Made by a program: the position numbers and the translations under genes. Below the pieces are notes generated by a model. The model was not told where the DNA came from. It made no database searches and saw only the letters and a list, made by a program, of their open reading frames with translations. Of a DNA stretch of 41,781 nt, positions 8,060-15,742 are shown one piece after another; within the stretch, counting starts at the first letter, position 1; each line of letters starts with the position of its first letter. The stretch spans positions 1-41,781 of the forward strand of contig JBFFNJ010000001.1 of assembly GCA_041563215.1 (NCBI GenBank), read 5' to 3'. This DNA is from Candidatus Deferrimicrobia bacterium (lineage in GTDB: Bacteria > Desulfobacterota > Deferrimicrobia > J040).

Positions 8060-10245
8060 TGAAACTCAACATCGCTTTCCTATGGCACCTTCATCAGCCG
8101 TACTATCTCGATCCTGAGGAGAACAGTTTTCTCCTTCCCTGGGTTCGCCTGCATGCTACAAAGAACTACCTCTTTATTGCAGACCTGTTCAAGGAGTTCC
8201 CCCGGCTCAGGCACAACATAAATCTCGTTCCATCTCTTATCAAGCAGATAGAGCACTACGACAAAGATGGATTGATTGACACCTGTTTTGCGCTTTCCCA
8301 AAAAAACGCCTACGACCTGACTTACGAAGAGAAGGAGTATATTCTGAAAAACTTTTTCCACGCCCACGCAGAGACGATGATATATCGTTTTCCACGGTAT
8401 AAGGAGCTCCACGAGCGCTGGCGAAGGACGTCGGGTAATGTTGACAGGGCACTGAAACTATTCGGCATAACAGAGATAACCGACCTTCAGGTTCTGTTCA
8501 ATCTCGTATGGCTGAACCCTGTTCACTATGAAGGGAATAACAAGATTCAAGAGATAGTGAAAAAAGGCAGGCTCTTCGGGGAGGAGGATAAAAGGGTTCT
8601 GCTCGAGTTTCACATGGAAATAATCGGGAATATAATAAACCGGTTCAGGGAGGTTGCCGATGCCGGCATAGTCGAACTGACGGTATCTCCTTTTTACCAT
8701 CCCATACTGCCGATCCTCATCGACAGCAATTGTGCGGAACTTGCAGACCCCCATGTTGATCTTCCGCCGTTTCGCATCGCCTATCCCGATGACGCCATGG
8801 ACCAGATAAAGAAAGCGAAAGAGTATTTTCTCAACATCTTCGGATTTTCCCCTTCGGGAATGTGGCCATCTGAGGGGTCGGTATCAGAACCGGTGTTAGA
8901 ACTTATGGTAAATGAGGGCTTCCGCTATACATTTACCGATGAGCTCATTCTGAGCAAAGGGATCAATGAAATAATTCATCGTGATACAGGAGGCTTACCT
9001 GATAAGCCTGAAGTATTGTACCAACCATATCGGTATAAGGATATGGATTTCCACATATTTTTTAGGGATCACTACCTATCCGATCTCATTGGATTCGTCT
9101 ACAAAAATTGGGATCAGGAGACGGCAGCAAACCATCTCTATAGCAAATTCATGGATATACGTCAGAATATTAAATCGAAAGGTTTAAGTCCTGAGGATTA
9201 TATTGTCTCGCTTATATTTGACGGGGAAAATCCCTGGGAATACTATCCCAATTACGGCATTGATTTCTTGCGATCTCTCTTTGATAAATTAAGCAATTCG
9301 GAATATCTGAATGTTGTAACATACAATGAATATATGAACAAAAAGGGGAAACGAAACTTCCCCGTCCTCGAATCGATAAAGCCCGGTTCATGGATTGACG
9401 GTACATTCAGGATATGGTTCGGACAGCAGGAGGATTTTGCTGCATGGAAGTTTATATATAAATTAAAAAATCTTATGTCTGACAGCCATATAAACGCGGA
9501 TAAAAGAAGTAAGGCATTAGAATATATACGTATTGCAGAGGGTTCAGATTGGTACTGGTGGTATGGTGATGAGCACTTCACGGCAAACCTGCTTGATTTC
9601 GACAAGTTGTTCATAAAAAACATAAAAATGGACTATAATTGCCTGGACGTAGATCCCCCAAAAAGTTTGGAAAAGGAGATTTTTTCCCAGGAAAGACTGG
9701 TTCAGGCGATCGATGGAGACATGCTCGTTCTGAGGCCTAAAACTTTTCTCAATCCCGTAATAGACGGGAGAGTTACTTCTTACTACGAGTGGATCGGGGC
9801 TGCGAAATTTGTTCAAAGCCCAACGTTTGGCTCGATGCACCGTGCTGGATTCGGAATAATCAACTCCTTGCACGCAGGATATGAAAAAAACACCTTCTTT
9901 ATAAGGATCGATTTTCAAAAGGAAACGTTAAAGGAAAGTGGTGTAATCGAATTAAAATTTGACATAAATGATAACCATTTTGAATTTGAGATCGATCCTT
10001 TACTCAAAAGAGTCGAGTTTGTTGATTCTGTCGGGAATAATGTTCGTCAGTTCGTTTGCGCATTCGATGATGTATTCGAGGCTTCATTCCCGCTTAAAAT
10101 GTTTCTCGAGGAAGGCAGGGGAACGATTCATTTCTTTGTTGTTGGGATAAGCGACAGGGTCTTTGAAGAAAGATGGCCTGAAATGTCTGAATTCAAAATG
10201 AGGATAACGGGGGAAGATCCGGCAAAAGAAGAATGGATCATTTGA
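8059..10245 (+). CDS. Glycoside hydrolase family 57 protein (alpha-glucan-acting enzyme with C-terminal extension)
   Basis: 728 aa. GH57 conserved regions HLHQPYY, GMWPSEGSVS (nucleophile Glu region), FDGENPWEYY (acid/base Asp region) and GSDWYWWYGDEH. The ATG overlaps the TGA of the TPR gene by 1 nt. Confidence 0.85.
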   Translation: MKLNIAFLWHLHQPYYLDPEENSFLLPWVRLHATKNYLFIADLFKEFPRLRHNINLVPSLIKQIEHYDKDGLIDTCFALSQKNAYDLTYEEKEYILKNFFHAHAETMIYRFPRYKELHERWRRTSGNVDRALKLFGITEITDLQVLFNLVWLNPVHYEGNNKIQEIVKKGRLFGEEDKRVLLEFHMEIIGNIINRFREVADAGIVELTVSPFYHPILPILIDSNCAELADPHVDLPPFRIAYPDDAMDQIKKAKEYFLNIFGFSPSGMWPSEGSVSEPVLELMVNEGFRYTFTDELILSKGINEIIHRDTGGLPDKPEVLYQPYRYKDMDFHIFFRDHYLSDLIGFVYKNWDQETAANHLYSKFMDIRQNIKSKGLSPEDYIVSLIFDGENPWEYYPNYGIDFLRSLFDKLSNSEYLNVVTYNEYMNKKGKRNFPVLESIKPGSWIDGTFRIWFGQQEDFAAWKFIYKLKNLMSDSHINADKRSKALEYIRIAEGSDWYWWYGDEHFTANLLDFDKLFIKNIKMDYNCLDVDPPKSLEKEIFSQERLVQAIDGDMLVLRPKTFLNPVIDGRVTSYYEWIGAAKFVQSPTFGSMHRAGFGIINSLHAGYEKNTFFIRIDFQKETLKESGVIELKFDINDNHFEFEIDPLLKRVEFVDSVGNNVRQFVCAFDDVFEASFPLKMFLEEGRGTIHFFVVGISDRVFEERWPEMSEFKMRITGEDPAKEEWII

Positions 10246-10346
10246 ATGCCGGTTATAACGTCTGATAATGTATATTATGTAAACTTGTGTGTCGATTGCC
10301 TGCTAATTGTTTATTTCCCTCACTCTATTTTCTGATTATCCCTGCT

Positions 10347-11135
10347 CTACGACGATATGACGATAAACGTCCACTTCATGAACGTATCTTTTTCGAAGCT
10401 GTAAAGATCGCGAACGAACTCCTTCACCAGCGAGACCTGCTTGTTGAACGTCTGTCGTGGAAATAGGCCTGCCGCCTGTGCGGGAATCGTGAGAAATTCC
10501 GTCAGAAACTCACTCTCTGCCTGAAATAGGTATTCAGTGGTAAAATTCTTGATCTTTGAGGATTTTAGCCATTTGATAAGATCAGGAAGGCCAAAAGCTC
10601 CGTATCTGTATGAAAAACCTGAGAAATGTTTCTTGATAAGGTCCTGCCCTGTCATGTCGGTAAGTCCCGAGTAAAAGCTGATTGCAATCTTTCCCCCGTT
10701 GTTTAGCAATGTCAGCGCTTCACGGAGACTTTTTTTGAAATCGGGGAGTAAAAAGAGCGATGCTGTGTAAAAAATCGCGTCGAATTTCTCTATGAAGTGA
10801 TAGGATAAGTTTTCTGCATCACCGTGGATAAATATGAAATTGCCCAAATCAGCGTATTTATTCCTTGCAATATCAAGCATATTTGAAGATATATCTATCG
10901 CATAATATGAACAATTATCCCCAAAACACTTATAAAGGCTATATGTCGATATCCCTGTACCGCATCCAACATCGAGCACTCTCGAGGCTTTCTCCATACC
11001 TCCCATCATTTCAACCAGCTTGTAGGTAAGGTTTTCAAAGAGGTGATGTTTTTGCTCGAAACGTTCGTAGTGCTCTACACTGGCATCGAAATTTTCCCTT
11101 ACTGCTTTTTTGAACCTCTCGTCGAAGCTGCTCAT
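10347..11135 (-). CDS. Class I SAM-dependent methyltransferase
   Basis: 262 aa. Motif I VLDVGCGTGIST, then an acidic residue after beta-2 (YAIDIS) and GDAENL, typical of the Methyltransf_11/25 fold. Substrate unknown. Confidence 0.75.
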   Translation of the reverse strand: MSSFDERFKKAVRENFDASVEHYERFEQKHHLFENLTYKLVEMMGGMEKASRVLDVGCGTGISTYSLYKCFGDNCSYYAIDISSNMLDIARNKYADLGNFIFIHGDAENLSYHFIEKFDAIFYTASLFLLPDFKKSLREALTLLNNGGKIAISFYSGLTDMTGQDLIKKHFSGFSYRYGAFGLPDLIKWLKSSKIKNFTTEYLFQAESEFLTEFLTIPAQAAGLFPRQTFNKQVSLVKEFVRDLYSFEKDTFMKWTFIVISS

Positions 11136-11159
11136 ATGTTACCTAGTGGGGATATCCTT

Positions 11160-12320
11160 TTAGACTTTTTCGTGGGGGTCGAACAGTTTCTTGTGCTCAT
11201 TTAATGCGAATCTGTCTGTCATCCCCGCGATATAGTCGCATATAACCCTTTCGAGGCCTTCGCTGTTTTTTTTCGCATAAAAGCGCGGGGGTAATTGCTC
11301 GGGCCTTGTTCTGTAGGCGTCATAGAGATCGACTATTATCCTTTTCGCTTTTTCCTCCATCCTGATGACCCTGTAGTGGCAGTACATATTATTATATAGG
11401 AATTTTTTGAGCTCTTCGTTTTTTTCCCTCATTTTCTCGCTGAAGGTAATCATTCGGCCGCCGAAGTTGCGAACATCGTCAACAGATGTAAGTTGCGCCT
11501 TCTCGATGTTTTCCCAGGAGTGAAAGGTAAGATCCCTGGTGAGAAAGGAGATGATCGTCGAAATTCCCCTGTGTTTCAGCGCATCGTCATCGAGTGAGGT
11601 ATAGTTTTTCCTCACCTTCTGTATCGCTTCCTCCCAGAGGGTTACTCCTTCCAGCTGTTTCAACGTGATGAGGCCGCTTCTTAACCCGTCATCGATGTCG
11701 TGATTGCTGTAGGCAATCTCATCGGCCAGGTCGACAATCTGTCCCTCGAGGGAGGGCTCTTTCCCGGGCGAGAATTCAACGGGAGGCAATGTCGTGTCAT
11801 AGGCCGATGAATGCTTGCATACCCCCTCTCTCACCTCGTATGAGAGGTTGAGGCCGTTGAACTCGGGGTATCTCTTCTCCAGGTGGTCCACCACGCGCAG
11901 AGACTGGAGGTTGTGCTCGAAGCCGCCATGGTTTTCCATCAGGTTGTTCATCGTTCTCTCTCCCGCATGCCCAAACGGTGTGTGGCCGAGGTCGTGGGCA
12001 AGGACGATCGCTTCGGTAAGGTCCTCGTTCAAACGCAGAGCCCTGGAAATCGACCGCGCTATCTGTGATACTTCGATCGTGTGGGTCAGGCGCGTCCGGT
12101 AGTGATCACCCTCGTGATTTACAAATACCTGGGTCTTGTATTCCAGCCGCCGAAACGCTGCAGAATGGATAATACGGTCCCTGTCCCTCTGGAAAGCAGT
12201 TCGAATCGTATCCTCTGTTTCAGGATGCTTTCGGCCGCGGGAACGTACGCTCTTGGACGCGAAGGGGGCGAGCCTTTCGTTTTCGAGCTTCTCGTAATCT
12301 TCCCTCGTAAGCATGATCAT
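11160..12320 (-). CDS. dgt: dGTP triphosphohydrolase-like HD-domain protein
   Basis: 386 aa. FQRDRDRIIHSAAFRRLEYKTQVF, RLTHTIEVSQIAR, LAHDLGHTPFGHAGE and DIDD are hallmark Dgt/SAMHD1-type HD motifs. The start ATG shares one base with the stop of the upstream GGDEF gene. Confidence 0.85.
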   Translation of the reverse strand: MIMLTREDYEKLENERLAPFASKSVRSRGRKHPETEDTIRTAFQRDRDRIIHSAAFRRLEYKTQVFVNHEGDHYRTRLTHTIEVSQIARSISRALRLNEDLTEAIVLAHDLGHTPFGHAGERTMNNLMENHGGFEHNLQSLRVVDHLEKRYPEFNGLNLSYEVREGVCKHSSAYDTTLPPVEFSPGKEPSLEGQIVDLADEIAYSNHDIDDGLRSGLITLKQLEGVTLWEEAIQKVRKNYTSLDDDALKHRGISTIISFLTRDLTFHSWENIEKAQLTSVDDVRNFGGRMITFSEKMREKNEELKKFLYNNMYCHYRVIRMEEKAKRIIVDLYDAYRTRPEQLPPRFYAKKNSEGLERVICDYIAGMTDRFALNEHKKLFDPHEKV

Positions 12321-14446
12321 TACATTCTGTCAGAGATACAAACTTTGTCTTTGCCCGTTTTCTTTGCAAGGTAGGAGGCGTCATCAGCCCTGCTTACCAG
12401 CTGATCGGGGGTGATGTTGCCTGCATATGTGGAGCAGATACCGATGCTGACTGTCAATGCCGCCCTCTCATCCTCAACGGGAGACATGTTCATCTTCGCA
12501 ACTTCGTTCTTGATCCTCTCTGCGAGAACGATCGCACCCCTCTGGTCAGTCTCGGGAAGAATCGCCGTAAACTCATCCCCCCCGTAGCGGGAAACGATGT
12601 CGATCTTTCTCACTGCCCTTTTTATGGCCGTCGATATCATTTTCAAGGCCAGGTCGCCCGCCAGATGACCATAGGTATCGTTGAATACCTTGAAGTTGTC
12701 AACGTCAATCATCATGAGGGAGAGGTTGGTTCCATATCTCTTTGACCTGTCCAGTTCACCCCTTAGAAGCTTGAAGAACTCCCTGTGGTTGTAGAGACCC
12801 GTCAACCCGTCGGTTATCGACATCCTCTCTGTCTCCTCATAGAGGTCGGCAATTTCAAGAGCCAGTGAGGCTTCGTTCACCAGTCCGACTATGCTGCCTA
12901 TGTGCTCCGTTTTGAGCTCTTTTCCATCTCGCCCTTCCTTGACGATGAGCACGCCCTCGACGTTGAAGAGGTTGCATTTAAAGCAGGTCTCCCTCGGGTT
13001 GCTCGCAGGCTCCACGATATGTGAGTCACACTTCACCATTCCCCTCACCCAGCACTTCTGGTCGTTACTCATGTAGGCGGGACAATCATTCATGCTGCAT
13101 TTGAAGTGCTGGTAGCATTTGAACCTCCTGTTTTTCAATACGGGAATGACAAAGGCCGGGCCACTTGACAACAGGATTAGATCATCGTAACGGCAGTCTA
13201 TCTTGGATGCATCCTCCACATAGTGATATGTCCCGCTCCAGCTCACCTTGGTGAGGAAAAAGGTTTCGTCCAGAAGAGGAATGGTAATCCTCTCTTTGCC
13301 ATACGTGAGCGCGTCCAGGTTGAACTCCATCCCGGGACCTTCCCGGTTGAATCTTCCCCAGATAAAATTTTCGTAACCGAGCTCTTTTATCCCTTCGAGC
13401 AGGATGGGGATCACGCTCTCCTTGTTCAGTGCTTTCAACATCTTCTTCGTAATCGAATGATTGATGAGGAGCTCGTTATGGTTTCTTCTCAACTCTTTGA
13501 GGCTACCAAGTTCAACCTCCTCGAGCTTCTTTTTCACAACTTTGTGCTCTTCCCTTAAGTTCGTATATTCACCGATCACGGAGTTTACGTTCAGATAAAG
13601 GTTCTCGGGGTTGAACCCGTCGAGCAACTCAATTCCCATCTTGTCCCTTCTTTCCTGAAGGAGGTCGATAGACATGGAAGCCGGCTTGATTATGCGCACG
13701 TGAAGAAAGAAAACCAGCGATGCGAGGAAGAGAAATCCCAGCACCACGCAAACCTGGGGAACCAGGGGTATTTCTAAGAAACCCTCGGGAGCGGTAACGG
13801 TAACACCGATATCAAATTCGGGGATGGCTTTTTCCCACGAATCAAAATTTTCAATCATTCTTTCCAGGCGCGAGTCAGCGGGAAGCAACGACGTGTCGGC
13901 GAGAGAGATTCGGCCATCAAGGGAGAAGATTTTGCAGTAAACGCCTCTTCCCGCAAGACCATTCAAGTATTCGAGAATTCCGGGAACTCTGAGTTCTGCC
14001 GAGGCGATATTATTCTTGTCGGGATTACTTGCCACGGCAAAGGGCAGAACCATGCCCTGCTCCGGCTGGTTTCGCAGGTGGCCTAGGTAAAGACTGAATT
14101 TGTCACCATCCGCTGACTTGAGCATTTTCTTGCCCCGCAGAACAGATTGGTCATCGGTGAAAGTCACTGGGGTTGCAAGGAAGATCTTCATGCTGTCAGT
14201 AATGTTTTCCGATAGCAATGCGTCCCCGTTTTTTGCTACGAGCGACGAACTTCTCCAGATTGCGGTTGAGATATTCCCGCTGATATTCCCGCTTATGCTC
14301 TCAAAGGCCAAATCGGAGTATCTCGCCCTGACGGTTTTAAGGAGAAAGGCAAAAAAAATCATGAGTGCGGCAAGTTCGATTATAAGGAGCAAAGTGGCAA
14401 CCCTGCTCCTTTTGATCGTATATTTTACCGGATTCCTGTTTTCCAT
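12320..14446 (-). CDS. Membrane sensor diguanylate cyclase (two TM helices, periplasmic domain, GAF-like region with a Cys-rich insert, GGDEF)
   Basis: 708 aa. Hydrophobic helices lie at about aa 17-37 and 228-250. The C-terminal domain has DGLTGLYNHREF, IDVDNFKVFNDTYGHLAGD and an intact RYGGDEF. A seven-Cys cluster lies at aa 444-491. Confidence 0.85.
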   Translation of the reverse strand: MENRNPVKYTIKRSRVATLLLIIELAALMIFFAFLLKTVRARYSDLAFESISGNISGNISTAIWRSSSLVAKNGDALLSENITDSMKIFLATPVTFTDDQSVLRGKKMLKSADGDKFSLYLGHLRNQPEQGMVLPFAVASNPDKNNIASAELRVPGILEYLNGLAGRGVYCKIFSLDGRISLADTSLLPADSRLERMIENFDSWEKAIPEFDIGVTVTAPEGFLEIPLVPQVCVVLGFLFLASLVFFLHVRIIKPASMSIDLLQERRDKMGIELLDGFNPENLYLNVNSVIGEYTNLREEHKVVKKKLEEVELGSLKELRRNHNELLINHSITKKMLKALNKESVIPILLEGIKELGYENFIWGRFNREGPGMEFNLDALTYGKERITIPLLDETFFLTKVSWSGTYHYVEDASKIDCRYDDLILLSSGPAFVIPVLKNRRFKCYQHFKCSMNDCPAYMSNDQKCWVRGMVKCDSHIVEPASNPRETCFKCNLFNVEGVLIVKEGRDGKELKTEHIGSIVGLVNEASLALEIADLYEETERMSITDGLTGLYNHREFFKLLRGELDRSKRYGTNLSLMMIDVDNFKVFNDTYGHLAGDLALKMISTAIKRAVRKIDIVSRYGGDEFTAILPETDQRGAIVLAERIKNEVAKMNMSPVEDERAALTVSIGICSTYAGNITPDQLVSRADDASYLAKKTGKDKVCISDRM

Positions 14447-14454
14447 TTCAGTCT

Positions 14455-14483
14455 ATATTACGCAAAAACAATTTGTTTGTTAA
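14455..14483 (-). promoter_or_regulatory. Possible sigma70-type promoter for the diguanylate cyclase operon (TTAACA-17-TAATAT)
   Basis: On the minus strand, TTAACA (14483..14478), a 17-nt spacer, then TAATAT (14460..14455). The ATG at 14446 lies 8 nt past the -10 and no Shine-Dalgarno is visible. Confidence 0.3.
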
Positions 14484-14546
14484 GACCAAATTACGGAACA
14501 TAGAGGAGAGTCAAAAAGGCTGTATTTAGGCTGTTCCATTAATCCA

Positions 14547-14574
14547 TTGACTTTTGGAAAATGATTATTATCAT
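14547..14574 (+). promoter_or_regulatory. Possible sigma70-type promoter for the redoxin genes (TTGACT-16-TATCAT)
   Basis: TTGACT at 14547-14552, a 16-nt spacer, TATCAT at 14569-14574. It lies 33 nt upstream of the ATG at 14607. Confidence 0.35.
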
Positions 14575-14606
14575 ATTGAACCAAACGAAATCCGGGTGAT
14601 AACCAA

Positions 14607-15134
14607 ATGAGAGTGGGGTCGATCGTTATTTCTTTTTTCATTCTTCTTCTCTGTATCTTTCATGCCCCCCCTTCCTCCTATGCACTGTGCGTCGAGGTCG
14701 GCAAGGCCTCTCCCAACCTAGAACTGACCGACATTGACGGAAAGAAGGTTTCTCTGGACTCGTTCAAGGGGAAGATAATACTCCTTGCATTCTGGGCTTC
14801 CTGGTGTCCCCGTTGCGAGGAGGAACTGACCTTTCTTCAGGGGGTATACAAGACAAGCGCCGATATCGTCGTGATCGCCATCAATCAGGAGGCCCAGAAC
14901 ATATCAAAGGCTCACGTGGCGAGAATAAAGGAAACGCTTAGACAGTGGAGGATAGATTTTCCCGTGCTCATCGACAGGGAGCTTTTGGCCTGGGATATGT
15001 TCTGCATCAATGCATTGCCCACGAGCATAATTATCGATAAAGCCGGGATGATCCGCTATGCGGAAGCCAACTATTACTGGGCATCACAGGACAAGATAGC
15101 AAATATAATCAATGCGATTCGAACCGGAAAGTGA
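14607..15134 (+). CDS. Secreted thioredoxin-fold thiol:disulfide oxidoreductase (TlpA/ResA-like redoxin)
   Basis: 175 aa. N-terminal signal-like hydrophobic segment. FWASWCPRC CxxC active-site motif in the usual context (GK..LL.FWA.WC..C). Confidence 0.75.
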   Translation: MRVGSIVISFFILLLCIFHAPPSSYALCVEVGKASPNLELTDIDGKKVSLDSFKGKIILLAFWASWCPRCEEELTFLQGVYKTSADIVVIAINQEAQNISKAHVARIKETLRQWRIDFPVLIDRELLAWDMFCINALPTSIIIDKAGMIRYAEANYYWASQDKIANIINAIRTGK

Positions 15135-15137
15135 GCT

Positions 15138-15680
15138 ATGACGAAACTCGCAAGGTTCTGTCTTGCCACGCTCGTTGTCTTTACGTGCATGTCCCCCCAA
15201 ACCTCCCTCCCGGAAGGGCTGATTCCCCTTCTTGAAAAAGGCGATGTGGCCCCCCACTTCGAACTGCAATCTCATAGCGGCGAAACGGTTTCGTTTCACC
15301 CGGGAGACAAAGTTTGCGTTCTCGTCTTCTGGTCCGCATTTTGTAAGGTCTGTACGGAGATTATCCCATCCCTGAACGAGACCTATGAATTGTACCGCAA
15401 CGGGGTAAATTTTTTATCCGTCAATGTCGACGGAGAGCCCCATTTTGACGACGTGGTTCTCGTCATAGATGATCGCGATATCCGCTATCCCGTGGCATTC
15501 GATGCGATTGTCGATGACTTTTTTGTCGCTGCAGACAAATATGGCATCAGACATACCCCCACGATCTTCTTCATAGGCGTTGACAAAAAGATAATCGATG
15601 TCCTCGAGGGGGAGGAGGCAAAAAAAGTAAAAGAGAGCGCAAAGAAGATCCTCCGCATGCCGGCGACGAGCCAGAATTAG
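15138..15680 (+). CDS. Secreted thioredoxin-fold protein (redoxin family, CxxC = CKVC)
   Basis: 180 aa. N-terminal hydrophobic segment. VLVFWSAFCKVC motif. Starts 3 nt after the preceding redoxin gene. Confidence 0.65.
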   Translation: MTKLARFCLATLVVFTCMSPQTSLPEGLIPLLEKGDVAPHFELQSHSGETVSFHPGDKVCVLVFWSAFCKVCTEIIPSLNETYELYRNGVNFLSVNVDGEPHFDDVVLVIDDRDIRYPVAFDAIVDDFFVAADKYGIRHTPTIFFIGVDKKIIDVLEGEEAKKVKESAKKILRMPATSQN

Positions 15681-15686
15681 GTCATG

Positions 15687-15718
15687 AACGCACTTTTTTC
15701 TCAATCGACAAGTGCGTT
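15687..15718. terminator. Perfect 9-bp inverted repeat between convergent genes (possible bidirectional terminator)
   Basis: AACGCACTT (15687-15695) and AAGTGCGTT (15710-15718) with a 14-nt loop, in the 62-nt gap between the redoxin gene (+) and the HExxH membrane protein gene (-). No clean U-tract on either side. Confidence 0.3.
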
Positions 15719-15742
15719 AACGGCCTTCTGAAAAAGGGGGGA

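Noticed and set aside
11160-12320. dGTPase homologue as an anti-phage dNTP-depletion defence gene
   Set aside because: There is no defence-island context (no restriction, toxin, mobile or other defence genes nearby). Its size and motifs fit the widespread housekeeping Dgt-like subfamily. This cannot be excluded without phylogeny, but nothing in the sequence supports it.
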